In this document: positions 19,654-28,825 of the stretch, piece after piece
Layout: each line of letters opens with the position of its first letter
Position numbering within the stretch: position 1 is the first letter of the stretch
IMG/VR virus record: IMGVR_UViG_3300020472_000019
Span: 6,672-70,671 of that record
Source of the DNA: a virus
Direction: 5' to 3' (one strand)
DNA length: 64,000 nucleotides
Translations under genes and position numbers: made by a program
The notes under the pieces: generated by a model
What the model was told of the DNA's origin: nothing
The model's database searches: none
The model's input: only the letters and a program-made list of their open reading frames with translations

Positions 19654-21359
19654 TAATTTTTAAGTATGTGAGGTGGAAGAATTTTCTTTCAACAGGAAAT
19701 CAATTTACTGAAATTCAATTAGATAGAAACAATACTACACTAGTTATTGGTGAAAACGGATCAGGAAAATCAACTATTCTTGATGCTTTATGTTTTGGTC
19801 TATTTGGAAAACCTTTTCGTAATATTTCCAAATCACAATTAGTTAACAGTATTAATAATGGTTCTTCTATTGTAGAAGTAGATTTTAAGATCGGTACAAA
19901 AACATTTAAGGTAATTCGTGGTATTAAACCAAATATATTTGAAATTTACATTAATGGTAAAATGTATAATCAAGATGCAAATATGAGAGATTATCAAAAA
20001 TATCTAGAACAACAAATTTTAAAATTGAACTATAGAAGTTTTACACAAGTTGTTATTCTTGGTAGTTCTACATTCATTCCTTTTATGCAATTAAAGGCTC
20101 GTCAACGTAGGGAAGTTGTTGAGGATATTTTAGATATTCAAATTTTCTCATTGATGAATATGCTTCTTAAACAGAAATTAAAAACAATACAAGAACATCA
20201 AAGAGATGCAACTTATAACATAGATTTAACAAGTGAAAAAATTAATTTACAAAATAAGTATATTGAAGATGTTAAAAAGAATAAGAAAAAATTAATTTCA
20301 GAGAAAAATTCTCTTTTAAATAGTAATGAAGAAGAAATTCATAAAAGACAAAAGAAAATAAAAGAACTTGAACAAGCTAATGTTGAATTGGGGTTTAACA
20401 CTACACACTTAACTGATACTACAGAAAAGGTTCAAAAACTTAAAGGTATTGATGTTACTCTAAAAGAGAAACGATCCTCAACAAAGAAGTATATTAAATT
20501 CTTTGAAGAAAATGATGATTGTCCTACTTGTGAGCAACACATAGACGAAACATTCAAAGAAAATATGATTATTACCAAGAAAGGTGAACATGATAAATTT
20601 GATTCTGGTATACAGGAATTATCAGAAGAATTGAAACGTCAAGAGGGTTTATTGGAAGCTATTAATAATTATATTGGTATGATACGAGAGAATGATGCTG
20701 AGATAGGGAAAATTGGTTATTCTATTAAAGAGTTAGAAAGATTTAATACTACTTTACAAGAAGAAATTAATAAATTACATATAGGTGAAGTTAATAAAGA
20801 AGATTTGGATAAAATTAAAGCTTTAAGGAAATCTTTAAAATCTTTTGAAAATCAACATCAAGGATTACGTGAAGAACAATCTTATGCTGAAGCAGCTCGT
20901 AATATGTTGATGGACACTGGTATTAAAACTAAGATTATTAAACAGTATCTTCCTATTATGAACAAACTAATAAACACCTATCTTACTGCAATGGAGTTTT
21001 ACGTAAACTTTACTTTGAATGAAAATTTTGAAGAAACTATTAAGTCTAGACATAGAGATGAATTTACTTATGCATCTTTCAGTGAAGGTGAGAAGATGCG
21101 TATTGACCTTGCACTACTCTTTACTTGGAGAGCAGTTGCAAAAATGAAGAACAGCACAAATACTAATCTGTTAATTTTAGATGAAATATTTGATAGTTCT
21201 TTAGACTCTACAGGTACAGATGAATTTCTAAAGATACTCAATACTTTAGATGGTGAGAATGTATTTGTAATTAGTCATAAACAAGATGTACTTGTAGACA
21301 AGTTTAGAAGTACAATAAGATTTGAGAAGGTGAAAAATTTTAGTCACGTGGCAGAGTAA
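19650..21359 (+). CDS. gp46: Recombination ATPase gp46 (Rad50/SbcC-like)
   Basis: GENGSGKST, CPTC zinc hook, FSEGEKMRIDLA and LILDEIFD motifs. Confidence 0.96.
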   Translation: MIIFKYVRWKNFLSTGNQFTEIQLDRNNTTLVIGENGSGKSTILDALCFGLFGKPFRNISKSQLVNSINNGSSIVEVDFKIGTKTFKVIRGIKPNIFEIYINGKMYNQDANMRDYQKYLEQQILKLNYRSFTQVVILGSSTFIPFMQLKARQRREVVEDILDIQIFSLMNMLLKQKLKTIQEHQRDATYNIDLTSEKINLQNKYIEDVKKNKKKLISEKNSLLNSNEEEIHKRQKKIKELEQANVELGFNTTHLTDTTEKVQKLKGIDVTLKEKRSSTKKYIKFFEENDDCPTCEQHIDETFKENMIITKKGEHDKFDSGIQELSEELKRQEGLLEAINNYIGMIRENDAEIGKIGYSIKELERFNTTLQEEINKLHIGEVNKEDLDKIKALRKSLKSFENQHQGLREEQSYAEAARNMLMDTGIKTKIIKQYLPIMNKLINTYLTAMEFYVNFTLNENFEETIKSRHRDEFTYASFSEGEKMRIDLALLFTWRAVAKMKNSTNTNLLILDEIFDSSLDSTGTDEFLKILNTLDGENVFVISHKQDVLVDKFRSTIRFEKVKNFSHVAE

Positions 21360-21556
21360 TGATTTTATTTAGAATATTATTGATAACTATATTGAATGGT
21401 CAACCAGTTGATAAACAAGAAATTGCTATCTATGAAATTGAATCTACAGTTGAACATTGTGAAAAACATATAAAACCAGCTTTTGATAGAGTTTATGTTT
21501 CTAAAGATTCTCATAAAATGGAACTAAGAACAGTAACAGAATGTCTTAAATTATGA
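21359..21556 (+). CDS. Hypothetical protein
   Basis: Translationally coupled 65-aa ORF with a hydrophobic N-terminus and two Cys. Confidence 0.55.
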   Translation: MILFRILLITILNGQPVDKQEIAIYEIESTVEHCEKHIKPAFDRVYVSKDSHKMELRTVTECLKL

Positions 21557-22095
21557 TAGAGAATGAAATAAAACTGTTTATAAATGAAAATGTAAAACCT
21601 TATACAAGGTGGAAAGGAACTTGTATGGAAGGTTATCATAATTTAAGTAATAAAAAGAAAGGTGATTTAGGAGAAAAAATTGTATCTGATTTAATGGTTA
21701 GAAATAATATTTTGGTTTTGCCTTCAAATAAAGGTTATAATGGTACAGATGATAGATATATTGGTGGTTATGATACAGAAATAAAATTTAGTTTGTCTCA
21801 AAAAAATGATGATGAATTTATGATTAATCACGTTAAAAAAGATATTAAATGGGAGAGGTTTATTTTTTATGGTTGGAATTTAATTAAACCTCATAAAGTA
21901 TATTGGTGTACAAGAAAAGATATGGAATTATGTTGGAAAGGTACAAATTGGTGGGGAAACCAAAGTAGTGATGCTGAAAAAATGCTTACAGGAAAAAATC
22001 TTATAAAATGGTTAAATTCTCCATTTGTTAGAGAGATGAGTGAATGGGATTCAGAGTGTAAGGTATATAATGGTTTGGAGGATTTTTATGGGTAA
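21553..22095 (+). CDS. Putative PD-(D/E)xK (restriction-like) endonuclease
   Basis: KGDLGE helix followed by D and EIK (TDDRYIGGYDTEIKFS). Confidence 0.6.
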   Translation: MIENEIKLFINENVKPYTRWKGTCMEGYHNLSNKKKGDLGEKIVSDLMVRNNILVLPSNKGYNGTDDRYIGGYDTEIKFSLSQKNDDEFMINHVKKDIKWERFIFYGWNLIKPHKVYWCTRKDMELCWKGTNWWGNQSSDAEKMLTGKNLIKWLNSPFVREMSEWDSECKVYNGLEDFYG

Positions 22096-22606
22096 GAGAT
22101 CTAACTTTAAAAGAATACCTAGAGACTTTTATCCTACACCGATAGAGGCTGTATATCCTCTTTTAGAACATCTAGAGGAAGATTTTCTATTTGCAGAACC
22201 ATGTGCTGGTGATGGTGCTTTAATTGATCATCTGGAACGTAAAGGTGTATGTATGTGGGCAAGTGATATTGAACCACAAGCTGAAGGAATATTTGCATAT
22301 AACTATGATCAAATTACAGAAGAAGAGCTTATAGAAGCAGAATATATAATTACAAATCCGCCATGGGATAGAAAGATATTACATCCTATGATTGATTTTT
22401 TTACATTAAAGAGAAAAACTTGGTTATTGTTTGATGCCGATTGGATGCATACGAAACAGAGTAAAAGCTACATAAGTATGTGTAGTAAGATTGTAAGTGT
22501 AGGCCGTATTAAATGGTTTGGTAATATGACAGGTAAAGATAATTGTGCTTGGTATCTATTTGATAAGAAAAATGAAAAACCTACAGAATTTTATGGAAGA
22601 ATATAA
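22088..22606 (+). CDS. Amino (probably N6-adenine) DNA methyltransferase
   Basis: DFYPTP, EPCAGDG (SAM binding) and ITNPPW (catalytic motif IV). Start at ATG 22088 after GGAGG. Confidence 0.82.
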   Translation: MGKRSNFKRIPRDFYPTPIEAVYPLLEHLEEDFLFAEPCAGDGALIDHLERKGVCMWASDIEPQAEGIFAYNYDQITEEELIEAEYIITNPPWDRKILHPMIDFFTLKRKTWLLFDADWMHTKQSKSYISMCSKIVSVGRIKWFGNMTGKDNCAWYLFDKKNEKPTEFYGRI

Positions 22607-23127
22607 TGGCAATTTATAAATTAACAGATCCTAAAAACACAACTTTAACAATTCCTTTATCTGGAGTTAGTAAAGATCTAGATCGTCAAAAAATAAAAGA
22701 TGATTTAATAGAAACTATGAAACATTATAGTGGTATAGGTCTATCTGCCAATCAATGTGGTATTTTAGAACGTGTTTTTGTAATGTATGGTGATTTCCAG
22801 AAAAGAGAAGCTATTGCTTGTTTTAATCCAAAAATTGTATACTCAAGTGTAGATACAGTTATTATGGATGAGGGCTGTTTGACATATCCTGGCCTGTGGT
22901 TAAAGGTTAAAAGACCAGCTACCATAGAAGTTGAATATGAAGATGAAAATGGTAAAGAATGGAAACATAAACTTGATGGTTTAGATGCCAGAGTATATCT
23001 TCACGAAATGGATCATATGGATGGTACGGATTTCACAAAAAGAGTATCAAAACTTAGATTAGATATGGCCAAAAAACGTAGAGCAAAACAACAAAAAAAA
23101 TTGCTTGACATTTCCAAAAATACGTGA
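22606..23127 (+). CDS. def: Peptide deformylase
   Basis: GIGLSANQ, EGCL and HEMDH signature motifs. Confidence 0.95.
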   Translation: MAIYKLTDPKNTTLTIPLSGVSKDLDRQKIKDDLIETMKHYSGIGLSANQCGILERVFVMYGDFQKREAIACFNPKIVYSSVDTVIMDEGCLTYPGLWLKVKRPATIEVEYEDENGKEWKHKLDGLDARVYLHEMDHMDGTDFTKRVSKLRLDMAKKRRAKQQKKLLDISKNT

Positions 23128-23144
23128 TAGTAAAAATCGTTTAA

Positions 23145-23157
23145 AATCAATGACTTA
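23145..23157. promoter_or_regulatory. IHF-consensus site
   Basis: AATCAATGACTTA matches WATCAANNNNTTR exactly, about 30 nt upstream of a -35 box. Confidence 0.45.
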
Positions 23158-23159
23158 GA

Positions 23160-23186
23160 AAAAAGTGACCGAATCTGTCACTTTTT
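23160..23186. terminator. Hairpin terminator after def
   Basis: AAAAAGTGAC-cgaatct-GTCACTTTTT inverted repeat. Confidence 0.7.
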
Positions 23187-23217
23187 GCTTGACAATCTCT
23201 CTTGAATATGAGATCAT
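23187..23217 (+). promoter_or_regulatory. Sigma70-type early promoter, TTGACA-N17-GATCAT
   Basis: GCTTGACAAT...TGaGATCAT; same architecture at 23411 and 25875. Confidence 0.7.
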
Positions 23218-23244
23218 ATAGATAATTGAGAGAGAGGATTCGTT

Positions 23245-23400
23245 ATGATTTTTGAGATTAAAAATAAATCTGGTGAAACGGTTGCTGTGGAATCAGATTT
23301 TGGTAATGCTGCTGAGCATGAAATGGTTCTATCTGAAATGCATCCAGACGAGAAATTTACCATTGTTAAAGTAATGGTGTCGGAACATCCGATTCCTTGA
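23245..23400 (+). CDS. Small early hypothetical protein (51 aa), not in the ORF track
   Basis: GAGAGG RBS, own promoter, sequence MIFEIKNKSGETVAVESDFG...EHPIP. Confidence 0.7.
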   Translation: MIFEIKNKSGETVAVESDFGNAAEHEMVLSEMHPDEKFTIVKVMVSEHPIP

Positions 23401-23410
23401 TAAAAATAAA

Positions 23411-23441
23411 GCTTGACAATTCTTCCCCAATGTGCGATCTT
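23411..23441 (+). promoter_or_regulatory. Sigma70-type early promoter, TTGACA-N17-GATCTT
   Basis: GCTTGACAAT...TGcGATCTT upstream of the VWA gene. Confidence 0.7.
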
Positions 23442-23474
23442 AAGATCATAGAGTGATTGATTCGGTGAAAAAAT

Positions 23475-25868
23475 ATGAAAACAAATAATGTTATAGAACG
23501 AAATTTGATTGCAAAACTTCTTGCTGAAGAAGATATTTTTGTGGTTCGTAAACAAATGCCTACTGCTTACTTTGATGTAAAAGCTCGTGAGTTGGGTCTT
23601 CCTATTTGGAAAGATAACACGATGGATGACATTGAAGAAGAGTTGTTGATTTGTCACGAAATTGGTCACGCTCTTTGGACTCCGTTAGATATGCTTGAAA
23701 AGTCATCTTTACGGAAACTTGAACATTCTGTAGTTAATGTTCTTGAAGATGCTCGTATTGAAAAGAAAGTTATGAACAAGTATCTTGGTTCTGTTCGTAT
23801 TTTTAAGGATGGTTATAATTCTCTTAGTGAAAAAGATTTTTTCTCCATTAAAGGTAAAAAGTTAAATGCAAAAACTTTTAACTTAATTGACCGAATCAAC
23901 TTATTTTTTAAGTTAGGTGATACTTCAATTGAGTTTCTTGAAAATGAAAAAATTTGGGTTAAGAAAGCTGGAGAAACAAAGACTCCAGAAGATGTTCTTG
24001 ATCTTGCTGAAGAATTAATGAAATTTATGACAGAGAATCCAGAGTCAATGGGTGATTCTAGTGAAGGTGATTCAGATGAGTCTGGAGATTTTTCTGATGC
24101 TTCACCTATGATGGGAAGTGGTAGTTCTTCTTCTGGTGAAGAAGGTGAAGAATCAGAAGATGTTGGTAAAGCACTTGCTGATGCCATTGCTGAGGGTGAT
24201 GGTGAGAAAATTAACGAATTAACAGAAACCTTAAAAGAATTAATGGAGAATGCTGAAAATGATGATAAGTCTGCTACTGATACTAACAGTAATGATGATG
24301 GTGACAACTTGGACTCTGATGGTACTTCTGGAAAAGAAGATGACGCTGAAGAAAGTTCCGATAAAGAAAACTTAGAAATTCCAGAAACAGATAATGATGT
24401 AATCACTGGTGGTGATAATAAATCTTCTGGTGCTGGTGAAATTCCGAAAGCAAAAACTGATTCTGCTTTTGGAGAAGCTTTGGAAAAAATTAGGGATAAA
24501 GATGCTTCAGATGTTGGATATGCTCGTATTCCAGATACTATTATAAAAGAAGCTACAGTTCCTTATAAAACTGTTGTTCAAGAAATGGGTGAAATTTACG
24601 AACCTAAATCTTCTGAACTTTATTTCACTGCTACAAAAACTGAATTAGAAGAAATGAAAAAAACTTCTAAAAAAACAGTTGCCTATATGGTAAAAGAATT
24701 TGAAATGAAAAAGTCTGCTGATCAGTATGCTCGTGCGGCTGTTTCAAAAACTGGTTCTTTGGATATGGGTAAACTTCATACTTACAAGTACAATGAAGAT
24801 TTATTCAAGAAAGTTACCACATTGCCTGGTGCTACTAATCACGGTTTGTTTATGATTGTAGATTGGTCTGGTTCAATGGCTAGTAACTTAAAATCTACTA
24901 TTTCACAGTTGTTTAATCTTGTATGGTTTTGTCGTAGGACAAAAATTCCTTTTGAAGTTTATGCTTTTTCTGATCAGTATGTCGGTGGTTATAATGAAAG
25001 AGATGAGTTTAAAGGATTTTCCAAAAATTATGGTGAAATGATTTTGACGCCAACTAAGATGTTAAATCTTTTTTCTTCTAAAATGTCTATTGATGAAGAA
25101 ATGAAAGTTATGCATTATTTAATTATGTTTTCTAGTCAGTGGGGTTATCGTGATTGGAAAACTGAAGGATATCCTATCTATCATCGTGGAAAATATAATC
25201 TTGGTGGAACACCACTAAACGAGGCAATTATTGCTTCAATGAAATTAATTCCAGAATTTGTTAAAGAAACTGGTGTTCAGAAAATTAATACAGTTTTCCT
25301 TACTGATGGTGCTGGACATTGTAATTATGAAAAATATGATCATGGTGTTGATACGTATGAGAGAAGCTCTACATATGGAGAACAGATTGACAAACATTCT
25401 ACTTTTGCTGGTTATGGTCATAGTAGTTATGTGATTACCGATCCTAAAACTAATAAAACAATTAGTAAAGAAAATCGTCATGACCAAACATCTGTATTTT
25501 TGGATTTATTAAGGCATCGTGTGCCAGAAATGAACATTGTAGGTTTCTTCATTGCTGGTAGTGGTAAGTCTGGAAAGGTTTCTGGAGATACTTTGAGGTA
25601 TCTTGGTGATGGTTATAAAACTTCTAGTGATATTAAGAATATGTTAAAAACACTCAAGAAAGATAATGTTCTTGCTGTTAAAGAAAAAGGTTTTGATGAA
25701 TATTACATCTTGCCAGGTGCTGGACAGTTAGAAGTTGAAAACTTTGAATTGGGAGAAGATTTAGTTGGTGCTTCAAAAGCAAAATTGAAAAGTGCTTTTT
25801 CAAAAAGTGCTAATGGAAGGATTTCAAGTCGCCCATTGTTAAATAAATTTATTTCAATGGTTGCTTAA
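23475..25868 (+). CDS. CobT-like VWA protein with N-terminal HExxH metallopeptidase-like domain
   Basis: HEIGH and NVLEDARIE; acidic low-complexity linker; MIDAS motif DWSGS, GGTPL and LTDG. Confidence 0.85.
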   Translation: MKTNNVIERNLIAKLLAEEDIFVVRKQMPTAYFDVKARELGLPIWKDNTMDDIEEELLICHEIGHALWTPLDMLEKSSLRKLEHSVVNVLEDARIEKKVMNKYLGSVRIFKDGYNSLSEKDFFSIKGKKLNAKTFNLIDRINLFFKLGDTSIEFLENEKIWVKKAGETKTPEDVLDLAEELMKFMTENPESMGDSSEGDSDESGDFSDASPMMGSGSSSSGEEGEESEDVGKALADAIAEGDGEKINELTETLKELMENAENDDKSATDTNSNDDGDNLDSDGTSGKEDDAEESSDKENLEIPETDNDVITGGDNKSSGAGEIPKAKTDSAFGEALEKIRDKDASDVGYARIPDTIIKEATVPYKTVVQEMGEIYEPKSSELYFTATKTELEEMKKTSKKTVAYMVKEFEMKKSADQYARAAVSKTGSLDMGKLHTYKYNEDLFKKVTTLPGATNHGLFMIVDWSGSMASNLKSTISQLFNLVWFCRRTKIPFEVYAFSDQYVGGYNERDEFKGFSKNYGEMILTPTKMLNLFSSKMSIDEEMKVMHYLIMFSSQWGYRDWKTEGYPIYHRGKYNLGGTPLNEAIIASMKLIPEFVKETGVQKINTVFLTDGAGHCNYEKYDHGVDTYERSSTYGEQIDKHSTFAGYGHSSYVITDPKTNKTISKENRHDQTSVFLDLLRHRVPEMNIVGFFIAGSGKSGKVSGDTLRYLGDGYKTSSDIKNMLKTLKKDNVLAVKEKGFDEYYILPGAGQLEVENFELGEDLVGASKAKLKSAFSKSANGRISSRPLLNKFISMVA

Positions 25869-25874
25869 AATAAT

Positions 25875-25905
25875 GCTTGACAATCCTTATTGGATATGCG
25901 ATCAT
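25875..25905 (+). promoter_or_regulatory. Sigma70-type early promoter, TTGACA-N17-GATCAT
   Basis: GCTTGACAAT...TGcGATCAT upstream of the AAA ATPase gene. Confidence 0.7.
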
Positions 25906-25934
25906 ACGATCATAATGAGAGAGAAAGGTAAATT

Positions 25935-27086
25935 ATGTATTTAAGTCCACGAAAAAAACTGTTTGTTGAAACTGCATCTAAGATGTTTGGTGTCAATGCA
26001 ACAATTTCAAAACAAAATGTACGAGAAGCGGCAGCTGAAGCTGGTGTTCCGTTTCCTAGTTGGTTCATAAAAGGGTTCAAAGCCCATTATGGTCATTTTA
26101 CATTACCATTATTTGAGGGTGCTGTTGCTCCTGCTTCTGCTGTTTCAGCTCCTACTGAGTCACTAAATACTACTGTGAACTTAGTTGCCTCAACAGAGAT
26201 TGAAAATTTAGTTCCTACTAAATTTGAGGGTTTTGTAGAGTGGGGTCATTTTTCTACTCTAACTAAAATCATTAAATCTGGATTGTTCTATCCAGTGTTT
26301 ATTACTGGCTTGTCTGGTAATGGTAAAACTTTAATGGTTGAACAGATTCACGCTAAATTCAAAAAAGAATTGATTCGTGTGAACATCACTATTGAAACTG
26401 ATGAAGATGATCTTCTAGGTGGTTTCCGACTCGTTAATGGTGAAACCAAATTCGTTCCTGGCCCTGTGATTGAGGCAATGGAACGTGGATGCACTCTGCT
26501 CCTTGATGAGTGTGACCTTGGTTCTAACAAGTTGCTTGCATTGCAGCCTGTCCTTGAGGGTAAAGGTGTTTACCTCAAGAAAGTGAACAAGTGGGTTACT
26601 CCTAAAGAGGGTTTCAACGTCATTGCTACTGCAAACACTAAAGGTAAAGGATCAGAAGATGGTCGGTTCATTGGAACTAACATTTTAAATGAGGCTTTCC
26701 TTGAGAGGTTTGCGATTACGATTGAACAGCCTTATCCTTCAGCTGCGATTGAAAAGAAAATCGTTGTTGGTGCTATGAAAAAGTACGGTAAAGAAGATGA
26801 AGCTTTTGCTACCAATCTTGTTACTTGGTCAGAAGTTATCCGTAAAACCTTTTTTGATGGTGGTGTTGATGAAGTTATCTCAACACGTAGGTTGGATCAC
26901 ATTGTAAAGGCATTTGCCATCTTTGGTGATAAAATGAAATCTATTGAATTGTGTGTTGCACGTTTTGATGAAGATACCAAAGCTTCCTTCATTGACCTTT
27001 ATACCAAGATTGATGCTGGAATTGATGTTTCTAAAACTTCTGAGGATGATGACCTTGATGATGTTGAAGATGAAGATGCTTTCTAA
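25935..27086 (+). CDS. CobS/MoxR-family AAA+ ATPase
   Basis: GLSGNGKT, LLLDE, ATANTKG, NEAFLERF and ISTRRL motifs; typical phage 'cobS'. Confidence 0.92.
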   Translation: MYLSPRKKLFVETASKMFGVNATISKQNVREAAAEAGVPFPSWFIKGFKAHYGHFTLPLFEGAVAPASAVSAPTESLNTTVNLVASTEIENLVPTKFEGFVEWGHFSTLTKIIKSGLFYPVFITGLSGNGKTLMVEQIHAKFKKELIRVNITIETDEDDLLGGFRLVNGETKFVPGPVIEAMERGCTLLLDECDLGSNKLLALQPVLEGKGVYLKKVNKWVTPKEGFNVIATANTKGKGSEDGRFIGTNILNEAFLERFAITIEQPYPSAAIEKKIVVGAMKKYGKEDEAFATNLVTWSEVIRKTFFDGGVDEVISTRRLDHIVKAFAIFGDKMKSIELCVARFDEDTKASFIDLYTKIDAGIDVSKTSEDDDLDDVEDEDAF

Positions 27087-27113
27087 TAACTGACTCTCTC
27101 TCAAGTCAGCACT

Positions 27114-27160
27114 AAGGACTCTATTAACGAACTATCCAGTTGTTAATAGAGTCTTTTTTT
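27114..27160 (+). terminator. Rho-independent terminator
   Basis: GACTCTATTAAC / GTTAATAGAGTC stem followed by a T run. Confidence 0.85.
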
Positions 27161-27214
27161 AATTTTCATTAAAGTTGTTCACGTTTTGTTCTACTATCAC
27201 TTTTTGGGAAAAAA

Positions 27215-27222
27215 TATAAATA
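27215..27222 (+). promoter_or_regulatory. Late promoter TATAAATA (IPNS-like oxygenase)
   Basis: Exact consensus upstream of the GGAG RBS and ATG 27243. Confidence 0.6.
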
Positions 27223-27242
27223 AAAAGAAAAATGGAGAAAAT

Positions 27243-28154
27243 ATGATACCTGTAATTGACTTGAATGATAAAAATGTAGTGGAGAAATTTAAAGAAACTT
27301 ATACTACTATAGGATTTGCTGTTTTAACAAATCATTTTACTAAAGATGAACAACAATTATATAATAGTTGGTTTAAGATTATAAAAGAGTTTTTTGACTT
27401 GGATTTGGAAATAAAAAACCAATATGAGTTTGATATTAATGTTATGTGTGGGTATGGTTCTTTAGCTTCACCGATCAATGGTTTGGATTTAAGTGAAACT
27501 TTTAATTTTGGAAGAGGAAGAATACCACTCCATTTCTGGCCAAAAGAAATCTTAAATTTTAAAGAAACAGCTTTAGAGGCTACAAGTATAGCTGATAGTT
27601 TAAACTTAAAAGTATTAAGTATTTTTGATGAGGTAATAGGCAGACCAGATAAACCTCTGACAAATGCTCATAAAGAAAATTATACAACAACAAGACTTAT
27701 ACATTATCCAATTTATGATGGAGAACTTAGAGATGGCCAAGAAAGAATGGGTGAACATAATGATTATGGTACTTTAACTTTTTTATGGCAATTAGAAGAT
27801 GTGCCTGGTTTAGAAGTTAAAGATTTAGATGGCAATTGGCATCCTGTACCTTATATTGAAAATGGTGTTGTTTGTAATATAGCAGATTTACTTCAAAGAT
27901 GGACTAATGATTTTTTAAAGAGTACAAGACATAGAGTATTAAAATCTCATTTACATATACCACGATATAGTCTAACACATTTTATAGATCCTGCTCCTAA
28001 TACAAGAATAGAAAATTTAATGAAAACTCCACCAATATATCCAGTTATAGAAGCATTAGATGTTACTGATTTATTTGCTGATAGATTATCAAAAGATGCT
28101 TCGGTTTTTGATTATAGGGGCAGAATAAAAGATGAAAATGGCTACTGGCTGTAA
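27243..28154 (+). CDS. Isopenicillin-N-synthase-family 2OG-Fe(II) dioxygenase
   Basis: IPVIDL, RLIHYP, HNDYGTLT, GLEV, NIADLLQRWTN..STRHRV and RYS motifs. Confidence 0.92.
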   Translation: MIPVIDLNDKNVVEKFKETYTTIGFAVLTNHFTKDEQQLYNSWFKIIKEFFDLDLEIKNQYEFDINVMCGYGSLASPINGLDLSETFNFGRGRIPLHFWPKEILNFKETALEATSIADSLNLKVLSIFDEVIGRPDKPLTNAHKENYTTTRLIHYPIYDGELRDGQERMGEHNDYGTLTFLWQLEDVPGLEVKDLDGNWHPVPYIENGVVCNIADLLQRWTNDFLKSTRHRVLKSHLHIPRYSLTHFIDPAPNTRIENLMKTPPIYPVIEALDVTDLFADRLSKDASVFDYRGRIKDENGYWL

Positions 28155-28210
28155 TAAAAAAATTTAAAGGTACTTGACTTTTTGGGTTAAAAGTATTATA
28201 TATAGATCAT

Positions 28211-28311
28211 AAAGGCAATTCGTAAGTCCTTTCCAACGTGCTTTTTCGGTGATTTTGTGCCCTTGGAAAAAACAAAATCACCAATTAACTGTATCGCCAT
28301 TATGGGATACA
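28211..28311 (+). ncRNA. Candidate structured 5' leader of hsp20
   Basis: 11-bp stem 28248-58/28272-82; possible pseudoknot 28230-36/28263-69; further hairpin at 28290-28311. Confidence 0.45.
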
Positions 28312-28344
28312 AAATAAATCTTGCTTATAGTAAAAGGAGATAAA

Positions 28345-28788
28345 ATGATGGTAACTACTAAAGCACTTCCTTCCCTATGGGAAAATTTTAACACACTAAC
28401 ACCTCACGTAGTAGGTTTTGATCGTATGTTTGATATGTTGTCTAGAGACATAGATTCATATCATACAGGCGGCTTTCCACCTTACAATATCAGAAAAGAA
28501 GGCGAAAATATTCATGTAATTGAAATGGCTCTTGCTGGTTTCGGTAAAAAAGATGTTGAAGTGGAAATGTCAAATGGTACTTTAACAGTTCGTTCTGTTA
28601 AAGAAAAATCAGATGACGATGACTCTACTGTTTATCGTGGGATTGCATATCGCAAATTTGAACGTAAGTTTACAATTGCTGATGATGTAGTTGTTAATGA
28701 TGCTAAATTAGAGAATGGTATGCTTCTAATTAGTTTAGAACGTATCATTCCAGAGGAAAAGAAACCTCGTCTAATTGACGTTAAATAA
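28345..28788 (+). CDS. hsp20: Small heat shock protein Hsp20 (IbpA-like)
   Basis: GFDRMF, FPPYNI, IEMALAGF, RGIA.R.F and LENGML motifs; ends PRLIDVK. Confidence 0.96.
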   Translation: MMVTTKALPSLWENFNTLTPHVVGFDRMFDMLSRDIDSYHTGGFPPYNIRKEGENIHVIEMALAGFGKKDVEVEMSNGTLTVRSVKEKSDDDDSTVYRGIAYRKFERKFTIADDVVVNDAKLENGMLLISLERIIPEEKKPRLIDVK

Positions 28789-28795
28789 TAAAAAC

Positions 28796-28825
28796 AAAAA
28801 AGGGAACATAAAGTTCCCTTTTTTT
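28796..28825. terminator. Bidirectional terminator between hsp20 and the inverted cassette
   Basis: AAAAAAGGGAAC-ataaa-GTTCCCTTTTTT between convergent genes. Confidence 0.85.

Noticed and set aside
23475-27086. Cobalamin biosynthesis (cobS/cobT) auxiliary metabolic genes
   Set aside because: No cobN or other cob genes in the window. The architecture fits a generic MoxR/VWA pair, so no cob symbols were assigned.
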